NCBI RefSeq assembly: GCF_006345805.1
Contig: NW_021834380.1
Coordinates: 1-50,346 of the forward strand
Length of the DNA stretch: 50,346 bases
Direction: 5' to 3'
Source: Octopus sinensis
Taxonomy: Eukaryota
The translations under genes and the position numbers were made by a program. Positions 1 through 11,307 of the stretch are shown here, piece by piece; the stretch's first letter is position 1, and every line of letters starts with the position of its first letter. The notes beneath the pieces were generated by a model. It was not told the DNA's origin. It made no database searches and worked only from the letters and a program-made list of their open reading frames with translations.

Positions 1-148
1 CTTAAAAGAATTAATGCTACCCTCATCAGAATCATGGTTATTCTGGACAAAACCAAGCAGAACAATGATAAACGAACGATACCGGCATGGGATTATGAGC
101 GAAGACACACGCACGCACGCACACACACACACACACACACACACTATA

Positions 149-510
149 AGTGCAGGTGTGGCCGTGCGGTAAGCAGCTTGCTTCCCAAGCACAAGGTTCT
201 GTGTTCAGTCCCACTGCGTGGCACCTTGGACACGTGTCTTCAGCTATAGCCTCGGAGCGACCAAGGACGGAAACTGGAAGCCCATCGTATATATATGTGT
301 GTGTGTGTGTCCATGCGTCCGTATTTGTCTCCCCAGCCGTCGCTTGAAAACCACTGTTGGTGTGTTTATGTTCCCTGAACTTAGCAGTTCGGCAAAAGAG
401 ACCAATAGAATAAATACTAGGCTAACAAAAAATAAGTCCTGGGGTCGATTTGTTCGGCGAAATGCTCCAGCATGGGCTGCACTCAAATGACTGATACAAA
501 AGAATAAAAG
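149..510 (+). mobile_element. tRNA-derived SINE, family A
   Basis: tRNA-like head (GCAGGTGTGGCCGTGCGGTAAG...GTTCAGTCCC), CCTTGG..A.GTGTCTT core-like block, internal (TA)n(TG)n, 3' tail GCTCCAGCATGG...TGACTGA-TACAAAAGAATAAAAG; matches copies at 2125, 9970, 15366, 37861, 41826. Confidence 0.85.
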
Positions 511-639
511 TATATGTGTGTATGTGTGTATATGCACACACCACACACACTAGGTTCCATAAAGGTAACTATGAAACCCTTGAATGCGTTTAGAAAGTAT
601 GACCGCAAGGCACAAAGCGTGAAGTTTTGTGGAAAGGGC

Positions 640-787
640 TTGACGAGTATATCATTCCATCGACTCCGATAGGATGAAAGGCAAAATTAGGCCTTGATGA
701 AATTTGAACTCAGAGCGTAAAAAGCGGAAAGAAATACCGCTAAGCGTCCTGTCCGGTACGCCAACCATTTTTCCAGCTCACCGCCCT
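640..787 (-). mobile_element. degenerate SINE family B
   Basis: reverse complement of GGCGGTGAGCTGG...CTGAGTTCAAATTT...TTTGCCTTTCATCC; diverged. Confidence 0.6.
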
Positions 788-960
788 ACAGGAGTGATAA
801 TAATAATATAAGTATAACAATATGTTGGGACTCTCTAGTACAATTGGTAATGTGGCTAACTGTTAAGCAATAGATGTGTGGTTCAAGTCTTGTTAGTACC
901 CTACTGAAATTTTTCAGATTATGTTTAGACCGTTAAACCTCAAGCCGCCCAGCTAACACA

Positions 961-1095
961 ATCGTTAGCTTGCCGGACATTTCGTCCGTCTTTATTTTCT
1001 GAGCTCAAATGATACCGAGGTCGAATTTGCCTTTCATCCTTTCAGAATCGCTGAAATAATTACCAATTAAAAACTGGGATCGATATAATCATCTA
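961..1095 (+). mobile_element. degenerate SINE family B
   Basis: ATCGTTAGC...CTGAGCTCAAAT...GAGGTCGAATTTGCCTTTCATCCTTT...CTGGGATCGAT. Confidence 0.6.
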
Positions 1096-1722
1096 AGACC
1101 CTCCGTACGGAATTTTCACGCCTGGTACCTATACTTGAAAGGATATAAGTAAAACAATAAATTATCAACAACGCTAGATTGTTTAAGCTTAATTTACGGT
1201 TTGACCACTAAAGTAAAAGAGAGCGAGAAGCTACAGGATATATTAAAGATCATAAAACGATAATGAAGTGTTAAGGGACAACTATCAATGCAGTTCTTTG
1301 CAAATTACGAAGTGTTTCTCACACAAGAGTGAACACAGCGGTTATTTAAAATCTTTACTATGGCTTAATCGTTTGGAAACATATTGAAAATAAAACTTTG
1401 TTACTAAAAATAAATCTTGTTCCTCATCTTGTTCTCAAATCTTATTAAGATTTCTAGTGAGATTGTTTATTGATAGTGATCGTAGACAATGTTTATTGAT
1501 GCGAAAATTAAACACACTCATATGTTTATGTGTAAGCTTTTACACTTACACACACACATCTACATGTGTGTACTCATACAACTATATATAATTGCCTATA
1601 TATACCCATTATATATATATAAACAGTGATAAGGATTATTACGAAGAGCCATAGCACTATATTATATTATAATTATATATATATATATATATATCTCCAG
1701 CTGAGCTGGTGGTTAACACACG

Positions 1723-1755
1723 CTGAAGACGGGTAACCACCCAGAAATTCGAGTC
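1723..1755 (+). ncRNA. minimal type I hammerhead ribozyme motif (PLE-associated)
   Basis: CTGAAGA core (1723-1729), stem II GGGT/ACCC around loop AACC, GAA (1744-1746), near-palindromic stem III ATTCGAGT, GUC triplet ending 1755; stem I poorly preserved. Confidence 0.6.
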
Positions 1756-1811
1756 CTAAAATGTTCTTCATGATAAAATTATATTAGCATTTTCTACTTT
1801 GTCTTATTTTC

Positions 1812-2030
1812 CTTCGTCAAAGAATGACTCTGCACAGATCCTGGATAAAAAAGAAAAAAAACCCCCAGAAAAATAGCATTCAGCCAACACATCGACATTT
1901 GCGCCAACAATAAAAATTCAAGCTTCAGAATTTTCCCCATCTATCAATTCAGGGACGATACAACCTGTAGCCAACGAATTAGTAAAGAGTCTCTCTTTAT
2001 CACAAAATACTGACCCCTTTTGAACGCATC
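1812..2030 (+). pseudogene. Penelope-like element GIY-YIG endonuclease C-terminal relic
   Basis: manual translation RMTLHR/QILD...AFSQHIDICANNKNSSFRIFPIYQFRDDTTCSQRISKESLFITKY*PLLN resembles the PLE C-terminus (HxxxC...FxIFPFY...RxxxExxFIxxxxPxLN); frameshift and stop. Confidence 0.65.
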
Positions 2031-2124
2031 TACAACAAATCCACCACGATCTTTGAATAATACACACGCAAATATTAAAAATGATACATTCAAAAGTGAT
2101 ACCCAAGAATTCATTAACAACATA

Positions 2125-2505
2125 GGCGCAGCAGTGGCTGTGTGGTAAGTAGCTTACTAACCAACCACATGGTTCCGGGTTCAGTCCCACTGCGTGGCAT
2201 TTTGGGCAAGTGCCTTGTGAGTGGATTTGGTAGATGGAAACTGAAAGAAGCCTGTCGTATATATGTATATATATATATGTGTGTGTTTGTGTGTCTGTGT
2301 TTGTCCCCCTAGCATTGCTTGACAACCGATGCTGGTGTGTTTACGTCCCTGTCACTTAGCGGTTCGGCAAAAGAGACCGATAGAATAAGTACTGGGCTTA
2401 CAAAGAATAAGTCCCGGGGTCGATTTGCTCGACCAAAGGCGGTGCTCCAGCATGGCCGCAGTCAAACGACTGAAACAAGTAAAAGAGTAAAGAGTAAAAG
2501 AGTAA
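2125..2505 (+). mobile_element. SINE family A, full length
   Basis: GGCGCAGCAGTGGCTGTGTGGTAAG head, B-box-like GGTTCAGTCCC, tail GGCGGTGCTCCAGCATGGCCGCAGTC...(TAAAAGAG)n. Confidence 0.9.
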
Positions 2506-2825
2506 CAGTCCCAATGACTGCTATAATCCACAACGAGTCACTTTTAGGTCACTTGACCATTTAATATCCTACTACTGTCATACCATCCAGCATTCTTTTA
2601 TTATTCTTTCTCTTCTCCACCTCCTTCCTTACTTACTTTACTACAATTGCTGTTTAGAATGACACCTACGCAAATATTATAAACAATACATTCAAAAGAA
2701 ATATGTCACGAATTCAATTATTACTACCATCCACAACAAGTCACTTTCAGGGCAGTTGAACATTTAACATTCTACTACTATCATAGCACTCCCGCATTCT
2801 TTTCTTCTTCTCTGCCAAGAATTCC

Positions 2826-2940
2826 CAACGACCTCGAACCCAGAAGAGTAAATAAGAGACACAAGGACAGGCAGAAACAAGGAAGATAACCCTTGTATTT
2901 GAATACTATGCAAATATTCGTTTAAAAAACTTTTCATGCA
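2826..2940 (+). repeat. dispersed repeat, copy 1 of 2 (partner at 36938-37055)
   Basis: CAACGACCTCGAACCCA.AAGAGTAAA.AAGAGA...GGCAGAAACAA...CTTGTATTTGAA.ACTATGCAAA.ATTC shared between the two sites. Confidence 0.75.
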
Positions 2941-3238
2941 AATATTCTTTCAAAAGACTTTTCATGGACGTGCAGGTGACTGTGAGTGCAATCATGCATA
3001 TTCATGAAGTGTATATTGAAAGATACGGAAACATTTTAATACATGTTCCCATACGCAACAATTTTAGTCTATTTGTGAAACATGAATAAATGCAGTCACA
3101 TTTCTCCTGTTAATACTGTTTAAGCCTAGACAATCTATAACTATATCTACCTTTGTCTAAAAGATTTTAGATTCTGCATACGTATTTATGGATAGAACAA
3201 ATTTGTCTATTTCTGTATACACTCACAGACACACATGA

Positions 3239-3277
<39 letters not shown>

Positions 3278-3284
3278 CATATAC

Positions 3285-4173
3285 ACAGATTGCGACGAGT
3301 ATATTGTCTAAATTACGCAAAAATGAAAATAATACTGACAGCTTATTTTAAAAGATATATTTACCAAAATTTCATAAAAATATCTTGAAATACTAAAGCA
3401 TGAATTTATTCAATAAAATCGCTAGATACTTTAACCACGGCATCCAGTCGACTTTGGAATCTCTTGCAAATCTTCCGCACGGTCTCCTTGTTGAAGTTGG
3501 TGAGTGCTGCCATAATCTTTGCCTTCAGTTCATATTTGGTGTTACAAGGAGTTTTGTTGGTCTATCGCTCAAATGCGCACCACGCATAATAATCAAGGGG
3601 ATTGCAGCCTAGGACGTTTAGGTGACCAGATGTTATGGGTTAGTTTATTGCAGAAACTGTCTGATAGCTATGTCTGGGTTCCCCTGCTGTTGCGTCATGG
3701 TGCAGTCCTGCTGCCAGCCATGGGATCTTCCATTAGCAACGCTCTTGACCCAGGGCAGTACTATCCCCCCCCCCAAGTACTTGATGTAGACTTCCGTTTT
3801 GAGTCCGAGGCCATGTGGGAAGACGAATGGAAGCATAACATCTCCATCACTGGCGATTACTCCAAACACCATGATATTGATTGGATGTTTGATTTCTATC
3901 ACTCTGGGTTGTTGTCCACAGATTGCACTGTCTTCAAATGAACACCCATACACTTTGAAATGTTAGTATTGGAGCTTCATGCACGAATACCAAGCAGTAC
4001 AGCATGTCATTTCCAAATTTCTGGCAGAATGAATTGTGTCATGGTGCTGTTTTGCTCACAGACGGATCCCAACCCACCCTACTATAGCATGTAGTCGACA
4101 AAATCGAAAACAAACGCTGCACATGCGCGAATTTTGCAATATAAAATGGCGACACGCTACCCATCACATCCTA
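3285..4173 (-). mobile_element. internally deleted Tc1/mariner element, maT (DD37D)-like
   Basis: translation KHPINIMVFGVIASDGDVMLPFVFPHG...WQQD...NIWSP.../CNPLDYYAW...RFQSRLDAVV...DFIE*; degenerate TIRs at both ends; N-terminal HTH joined directly to the catalytic region. Confidence 0.8.
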
Positions 4174-4954
4174 TATATGCGAATATACATGTATATATTG
4201 ATGTATATGTGTAGATGTATATGTGTACATGTATATGCGTGAGTATATAAGTGTGTGTGTGTGTATATATGACGAAACCTTTTTTGTCCGTACATATATA
4301 CTCCCCTCCTCTTAGCGAAAGCTGAATAGTTATCTCCATCGCCCACAACAATAACAATAATAACGATAACCAATTACCTCCCCTTATTTTTCTACTTGTG
4401 AAGTCATTCACTCGTAAATATCAACACAAACAATATAGACAAAATTTTTTCTTAAGAAAATACATATCCAAACAAGTAAACCATAGTATAATGACTAGCG
4501 AAAGCGAAACCGGTCGATACATTAAAAATTATATAAAAAAAAAACATATATATATATATATATATATATATACGATTGATTTTACTTTGAGTATTTTTGA
4601 GGTTTTGATTTTACTCTTGAATAAATCACGTATGTTTATATAGTTTTTCTGCCGACACTACAAATGTATTTCCATAAAAACTTAAATGGTTGTACTTTCC
4701 CTCCTGAACCTCCCCCCCCCAGCGAGAAAGCGAGAAACAAGAGTTTTAAAATGCTAAAATTAGCAATTATTGCAACCAGTTTCAGTCCTTTTTGGTAAAC
4801 TCATTCGGACGTACATAATTATTTGTCATTTCCATCTGTTTCTCTCGCTCTCACTATATCCCTCTACACATGTCTATCTATCTATCTATCTATCCCTCTC
4901 ATATATATATGAATATATGTACTAGTATACAATAGTAGTTACATATATATATAT

Positions 4955-5573
4955 ATACGTACGCGTACGCATACACACACATATGAAAACGTACGTGTAC
5001 ATACACACACACACACACACACACACGTACGCGTACATACACACACACACACACACACGTACGCGTACATACACACACACACACGTACGCGTACATACAC
5101 ACACACACACACGTACGCGTACCACACACACACGTACGCGTACCACACACACGTACGCGTACACACACACACGTACGCGTACACACACACACTACGCGTA
5201 CACACACATACGTACGCGTACATACACATACGTACGCGTACATACACACACACATACGTACGCGTACATACACACACACATACGTACGCGTACATACACA
5301 CACACATACGTACGCGTACATACACACACACACATACGTACGCGTACATACACACACACACATACGTACGCGTACATACACACACACATACGTACGCGTA
5401 CATACACACACACATACGTACGCGTACATACACACACACATACGTACGCGTACATACACACACACATACGTACGCGTACATACACACACATACGTACGCG
5501 TACATACACACACACACACACACATATATATACGTACGCGTACATACACACATATATATACGTACGCGTACAT

Positions 5574-5600
<27 letters not shown>
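4955..5600. repeat. compound minisatellite (CA)n-TACGTACGCGTACATA
   Basis: about 23 units (manual count) each with palindromic core GTACGCGTAC separated by variable CA runs. Confidence 0.95.
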
Positions 5601-5611
<11 letters not shown>

Positions 5612-6019
5612 TTTTTTTTCATACGTACATACATGCTCACACATGTATAGAGAAATGAATACAATGAATCTTTCGCTTCGATTCAGAATTCAAATTTTTT
5701 TTACTTGAATAAACTGTCCGAACAATATTTGGGTTTTTTTTTTTATAATGCTATTTAAAGCATCTGCACAGAATCTGTCCCTATAGGGAGCGTAATCGAT
5801 ATAAAACAAGTAGCAGCAACTATAGGAAATGAATCAACAATATCCGTAGCAAGTAATAAAAACATCATTAACTACAACAGTAACATCATTTCCATCACTA
5901 ATGTAAGTTAACAAGAATAACGAGCTACATTCAGGGGGAAATGTGTGAAAATTCCTCTTAGTCCACGAGGCACTTAACGGCAAAGGAATTGACGGCGAAA
6001 AATTATACTGTATAAGCTT

Positions 6020-6290
6020 TCGTATCTATCTAAATATATATCTATCCGTCTGTCTGTCTGCTTCTGTCTTTCCATCAATCTGTCTGTCAGTGTGTCTGTC
6101 TTTCCAACAGTCTGTCCGTCTAAATATCTATCTGTCAATCTATCTATCCATCTGTCCAACTATCTATCCATCTGTCCATCCATCCATCCATCTATCTTTC
6201 CGTCCATCCATCTATCCATCTATCTATTCATCCATCCATCTATCCATCCATTTATCTGTCCATCTATCTATCTATCTATCTATCAAATAA
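6020..6290. repeat. (TCTA/TCCA/TCTG)n tetranucleotide microsatellite
   Basis: direct reading. Confidence 0.9.
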
Positions 6291-6359
6291 TCCCTCTATC
6301 TAGATAACATTGGGAACGTCGGTTTATCTATCAATCAATCGATCGATTAATCAACCAGA

Positions 6360-6545
6360 GAAAGCACACAAATGTGATACAAAGTGGAAAAAAATAGTAC
6401 TGGAATATCGGAGGTGCAGTAATATGTTTTATTAATAAAACTGCAAAAACGTTCCCGTAACCAAAAGTGTCCGACGAACGGGAACGTGAAACTCCGAGTT
6501 ACGGTTTTTGTGATGTCTTTGCAGCTTTATTAATAAAGTATCTTT
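6360..6545 (+). mobile_element. PLE-type terminal repeat relic with inverted arms
   Basis: related to 7900-8080; TTTATTAATAAAACTGCAAA...TTTGCAGCTTTATTAATAAAG inverted arms; contains a hammerhead motif. Confidence 0.6.
6471..6500 (+). ncRNA. minimal type I hammerhead motif, U4C core variant
   Basis: CCGACGA-ACG(GGAA)CGT-GAA-ACTC C GAGT-T: core, 3-bp stem II, palindromic stem III, GUU triplet. Confidence 0.6.
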
Positions 6546-7091
6546 TTATCTATATAGATGCTGTCGCTTGGGAACGTCATTGCACCAATACTAAGACACG
6601 CACAGGTCCAAATCCACTTCATTATTCGACTTCAAATTATTATTACTGTTGTTATTATTATCATTGTTTTTTAGCCGAATGACACTCCCAAGACAACAAA
6701 ATTTGTGGATATTTCACATTAAAGTTCTTGCAAACCAAATACATAGACTATGTATGAGTGTATGTGTGTGCGTGTGAATATGAGTGTGTATGTATTTATG
6801 TATATATGATGACGTATGTACATCTACATATAAGCCTGTCTTTTATCGTTTGTCTTTTACTTGTCTCACCCAACACGGGTGCAGTCTAATGAGTACGCCC
6901 GTGCTAGGGGACGGTCTGAAGAACTTTCAGTTGTTCTAATCAAACCCAATGCTTATTTTCTTTTCATGCCTAGCACTTATTTTATCGAACTCTTTTTCCA
7001 ATAATGATAATGTGTATGACTTGAGATGCTTGCCTTGCCTTAACGTTTGTTGTCCTCTTTAATAATTATATATTTACACAGACACACACAT

Positions 7092-7129
<38 letters not shown>

Positions 7130-7134
<5 letters not shown>

Positions 7135-7300
7135 TTCAGTAAAATTTAGATTCAGATGAATATGGTCCTTAAGTTAAAGGCACCAGAATTTAGTATGGTG
7201 TTATCAATATAATTCAAAATGGGGTAATTATAAACAAAATAAGCAACAAGGATATCCAGAGGTAATGCAGTACGATCGTTTCATGCGACTCCTTTCACCC
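7130..7300 (-). mobile_element. PLE-type terminal repeat relic with 3' half of a hammerhead
   Basis: minus strand reads GAA-ACGATCGT-A (perfect 8-nt palindrome, GUA) at 7271-7282; no CUGANGA upstream. Confidence 0.45.
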
Positions 7301-7899
7301 GTCTCTTTCTCTCTCTCCTCCTCCTTTGTTCCTCTTTTTTTCTCTCTTCCTCTGTCCCGCTTTTCTCCCCTCTCTTCTCACACGTGACTAACTTTGGACT
7401 GCTGTCCTGCCTTTTCGTGATAAACGGCCGTATAGGCTAGACACATTTTTTTCTCTCTTCGCCTTCAGGCATTTTTTCAATGCGCCAGCTCAAGTTCACC
7501 CGTCCTGTCGTAAAGACGCCTGTCTGTAACGTCCTGTTTTTGTTATTATTATCATTATTGTTTTTACGTATTTTCGTATTCTTATTCGTGTTATTAATTT
7601 TACGTATTTTTGTATTCTTATTCGTTCCCGTCCTTGTTTTGTATACATTCGAGGCTTTCTTACAAGGAATCTAATGCGCTTGGCTTAGATTTTCCTTTGG
7701 GGCTGGCCAGGTCGGAGCAATCTCAAGATTAATCAGCCGAAATTGCGAAGATAATCCGGTTCTTGACTGAAGATCGAAGGCTTCGAATGTCCCGTCCGTT
7801 TTTTTGTATCGTCTTCTAAATGTTTTGCGTTCTTGTCCCAGTTTGTACTTTTTTACATTTATCTATCTAACTATATATCTATATATATATATATATACC

Positions 7900-8077
7900 G
7901 AAGTAAGCACATAAATGTGAAACAAGGTGCAAAAAAGAGTACTCAAATACCAGAGATAGAGTAATATGCTTTATTTAAAAGCAGCAGAAATTTAACAAAA
8001 GTTGTTACTCGGACTTTTACGTTCCCGTGAAACTCCGAGTAACAGCTTTTGTTAAATTTCTGCTGCTTTCAAATAAA

Positions 8078-8080
<3 letters not shown>
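7900..8080. repeat. fold-back PLE-type repeat, ~110-bp hairpin
   Basis: arms 7969-8013 and 8035-8078 are reverse complements with 2 mismatches; GAA-ACTCCGAGT-A at 8029-8041. Confidence 0.85.
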
Positions 8081-8117
<37 letters not shown>

Positions 8118-8122
<5 letters not shown>

Positions 8123-8230
8123 ATCGAAACAAAGAACAAACAAACAATACAATAACGCGAGGACGTGGTTCAAGTACTTTATCATCAGATGCTCAGGAAA
8201 AGAAGGAAAAACGATTTAGCGTTTCGAGCA
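8118..8230 (-). mobile_element. PLE-type terminal repeat fragment (same family as 17230-17430)
   Basis: minus strand GCTCGAAACGCTAAA...TTCCTGAGC.TCTGAT.A...GTACTTG.ACCA.GTCCTC...TTCACTATATA. Confidence 0.7.
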
Positions 8231-8300
8231 AAGGCGGTGCTCCAGCATGACCACAGTGAAATGGCTGAACCAAATAAAGGAATGAAAGAATAAGAGAATG
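8231..8300 (+). mobile_element. SINE A 3' tail fragment
   Basis: AAAGGCGGTGCTCCAGCATGACCACAGTGAAATGGCTGAA followed by an A-rich tail. Confidence 0.7.
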
Positions 8301-8404
8301 CTTTCAATTTTCTTTCTTCCCTCCCTTTTTCTTTTTTCTCTCTCTTTGTCTCTCTCCGTGCTTCTCTCTGTCTCTCTCTTGTCCCTGTAAGTTTTGTTTG
8401 TACA

Positions 8405-8670
8405 TCTTCAATATCCTCCCGAAAAACCTAAGAGACATGCATGGGGTGGATGCAGATATCTTTAAAATGAAACTGGATTTCTTATTGTTAGGTATCCCAG
8501 ATGAACCAACTTCACGGCAGGAGGTGCAGATGAGGGCAGCTGCATCGAACTCTCTCATGCACCAAATGGCAATTGCTAAAAAGCATTCGTGAAGTAAAAT
8601 CATGTAGCAACACCAAATGGCGGTGCCCCAGCATGGCCACAGCTTCTGAGCTGAAACTAGATAAATAGAA
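8405..8670 (+). mobile_element. CR1-like LINE, 5'-truncated 3' end
   Basis: FNILPKNLRDMHGVDADIFKMKLDFLLLGIPDEPTSRQEVQMRAAASNSLMHQMAIAKKHS* matches the C-terminus at 21280-21525; shared 3' UTR. Confidence 0.85.
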
Positions 8671-9343
8671 AAATAAATATATCTATCTATCTCTTTCAGT
8701 TTAAATTTGCAACTCTCTCTTTCATCCCCCTCTCTCTCACACAAACAGACTCTTTATTTCTAACTCTACTTCTATATGTCTATCTCTCTCTGAACATTTG
8801 TTGAATCCTATACATTTTATTTGTGTGCCCTGCACCCCTGCTGTTTCATTCCGTTTCTACATCACAGATTCAAGGCTTTTGCATATCTGTTTTGGAACCA
8901 CAACTAGCATTGGGACATTATACACTAAATAAATATTCTAGTCTCGTTTAAAGTCTGTAGTTACCTAACTCTGGTTCTTATAAATAAATATAAGACGCCA
9001 GAAATTTTTGGAAGGAGATCAGATATTAGAGATAAAAAGCAGAATAAGGAAAAATAATGTTCTTTTCAAAATTCTAAACTGTAGATTATTTTTCATGGGT
9101 GTTTTATTTCTTTGTGTAGCGATATATGCATAACATGAGATTACATATGTATGCACAGGCATACAGAAACATACATGTATAATGCACACGTAAACCATAT
9201 ATATATGTGCATGCGTTGTGTTAAATGCATCTGTGTGTGTCAGTTAGAATGGCTCTATTCCAACCTTACTCACACAGCGTAAAAACTGGAACGAGTATCT
9301 TAAGAAACGACAGCAGCTGTACTGGTTCCCACATAAACGAGTG

Positions 9344-9398
<55 letters not shown>

Positions 9399-9466
9399 AT
9401 GGATGTGTATACATATGTAATATGGGTGGATTATATAGATATATATATATATATAATATATATATA

Positions 9467-9499
<33 letters not shown>

Positions 9500-9501
9500 G
9501 T

Positions 9502-9534
<33 letters not shown>

Positions 9535-9560
9535 GTATTTATATACAGTTATATGGATGT

Positions 9561-9777
9561 GGCAGAAACGTTAGCACGCCGGGCGAAATGCGTAGCCGTA
9601 TTTCGTCTGCCGTTACGTTCTGAGTTCAAATTCCGCCGAGGTCGACTTTGCCTTTCATCCTTTTGGGGTGGATAAATTAAGTACCAGTTACGCACTGGGG
9701 TCGATATAATCGACTTAATCCCTTTGTCTGTCCTTGTTTGTCCCCTCTATATTTAGCCCCTTGTGGATAGTAAAGAA
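9561..9777 (+). mobile_element. SINE family B
   Basis: GGCAGAAACGTTAGCACGCCGGG...GAGTTCAAATTCCGCCGAGGTCGACTTTGCCTTTCATCC...AGTAAAGAA. Confidence 0.9.
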
Positions 9778-9904
9778 TATATATATATATATATATATAT
9801 ATAGATGTGTGTGTATATATATATGTATATATATGTGTGTGTATATGTATATATATATATATATATATACACACATGTATAAATTTTTGTTCAAAATGTA
9901 ACCG

Positions 9905-9965
9905 TATGTGTATCGTTGGCGATTTTCTTCCTCCGTCTTCCTTTCCTTTGGACTTTCCTCCATTT
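9905..9965 (+). mobile_element. PLE-type terminal repeat fragment, truncated just before the hammerhead core
   Basis: GTTGGCGATTTTCTTCCTCCGTCTTCC.TTCCTTTGGACTTTCCTCCATTT near-identical to 17247-17296. Confidence 0.75.
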
Positions 9966-9969
9966 TGAA

Positions 9970-10274
9970 CCTAGGACTTATTCATTGTAACCCCAGTACA
10001 TTCATCGGTCTGTTTTACCGAACCGCTAGTTACAGGGACGTAAACACACCAGCATCTGTTTTCAAGCGATGGTGGGGAGACAAACGCAGACGCACAAACA
10101 TATATATATATATATATATACACGACGGGCTTCTTTTAGTTTCCGTCTACCAAATCCACTCAAGGTTTTGGTCGGCCCGAGGCTATAGATGAAGACACTT
10201 GCCCAAGGTACCATGCAGTGGGACTAAACCCAGAACCATGTGGTTGGTAAGCAAGCTACTTAACACACAGCCGC
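9970..10274 (-). mobile_element. SINE family A, lacking the extreme 3' tail
   Basis: reverse complement of head, core and internal (TA)n. Confidence 0.85.
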
Positions 10275-10714
10275 AAAATATATGTAAATTCGATGTGATA
10301 CAGAGGAAAATTTAGCCAAAAGGGGTTCTCTTTCATTAGAGAATTGCTGTTGCATGACTCTTCCACTTGTCCCTCCTCCTAGGTTGACCCTGATGTAGAA
10401 AATTTGTTTGATAATTGCTAATTGTTTTTCCGTTGCGTTTAGCATCAGTTCATCCGATATATGAACTGTTTCCGATATGGAATGCATCGATGCGTCCATT
10501 ACTGAGCTGAATCTATTTGATTGAAATTAGAAACTCCTTGTTTTAATAATAATAGTAATAATAATAATAATAGAAATAATAATAATACTGATGATGATGA
10601 TTTCATTTATTTTCCATAAGGACGAAGATGAGGGGGATAATACAAAGACAGGCATAAAGTGTGGAGGTTTGCATATAATGAAATGATAAAAAAAGAAAGT
10701 AATAATAATGACAA

Positions 10715-11047
10715 TGATGATTTTTTTTATCGTAATGGTATAAAATCACAAAGCCAGGAATTTTAAAGCGGGTGACATATTCGATGTCACCGTCTTCTGT
10801 GGAAGCTTCATATTTATTTTATTTACCCCCCGGGGGGGGGGATGGGACGGAAGACAAAGTTGAAGCCGGAAGAATTTGAAGACACTGGGCCGGAGGAAAT
10901 AATGCAAAACACTTTTTTCGAAAATCTAACCGGTTCTGCTTTCTCACCACCTTAGTAGTAGTAGTAGTAGTAACAATAATGATAATAATAATATATGATG
11001 ATGATAATTATTACTGTTATTATCGTTTTCTTTTTCAAGGCGGTGAG
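10715..11047. repeat. left arm of a long inverted repeat
   Basis: reverse complement of 14689-15010, about 88-90% identical by eye, including unique junctions. Confidence 0.9.
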
Positions 11048-11250
11048 ATGGCAGAGTCGTTAACCCACCGGTCAAAATGCCGCTAAGCATTTTGCCCGTC
11101 GCTACGTTCTGAGTTCAAATTCCGTCGAGGTCGACTTTGCCGTTCATCCTTTCGGGGTCGATAAATTAAGTACCAGTGAAACACTGGGGTCGATGTAATT
11201 GACTTACCCCCTCCCACCAAATCTGGGGTTTTGTACCTCCAAAAGAAAGA
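11039..11250 (+). mobile_element. SINE family B variant
   Basis: GGCGGTGAGATGGCAGAGTCGTTA...GAGTTCAAATTCCGTCGAGGTCGACTTTGCC. Confidence 0.85.
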
Positions 11251-11307
11251 ATTATTATTTTCATTGTATACCCTTTTTGCTTATTTATTTTATCGTTTCA
11301 TATGTAT

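Noticed and set aside
4955-5600. Repeat-spacer look resembling CRISPR (also 17430-18160)
   Set aside because: Spacers are only variable CA/TA runs, the context is eukaryotic and there are no cas genes.
4899-5708. 200+ aa ORFs (HT/VC/RT-rich) on both strands
   Set aside because: Stop-free read-through of the minisatellite; no coding evidence.
7767-7792. CTGAAGA...GAATGTC possible hammerhead
   Set aside because: No GAAA, and stems I and III are unconvincing; at best a decayed relic.
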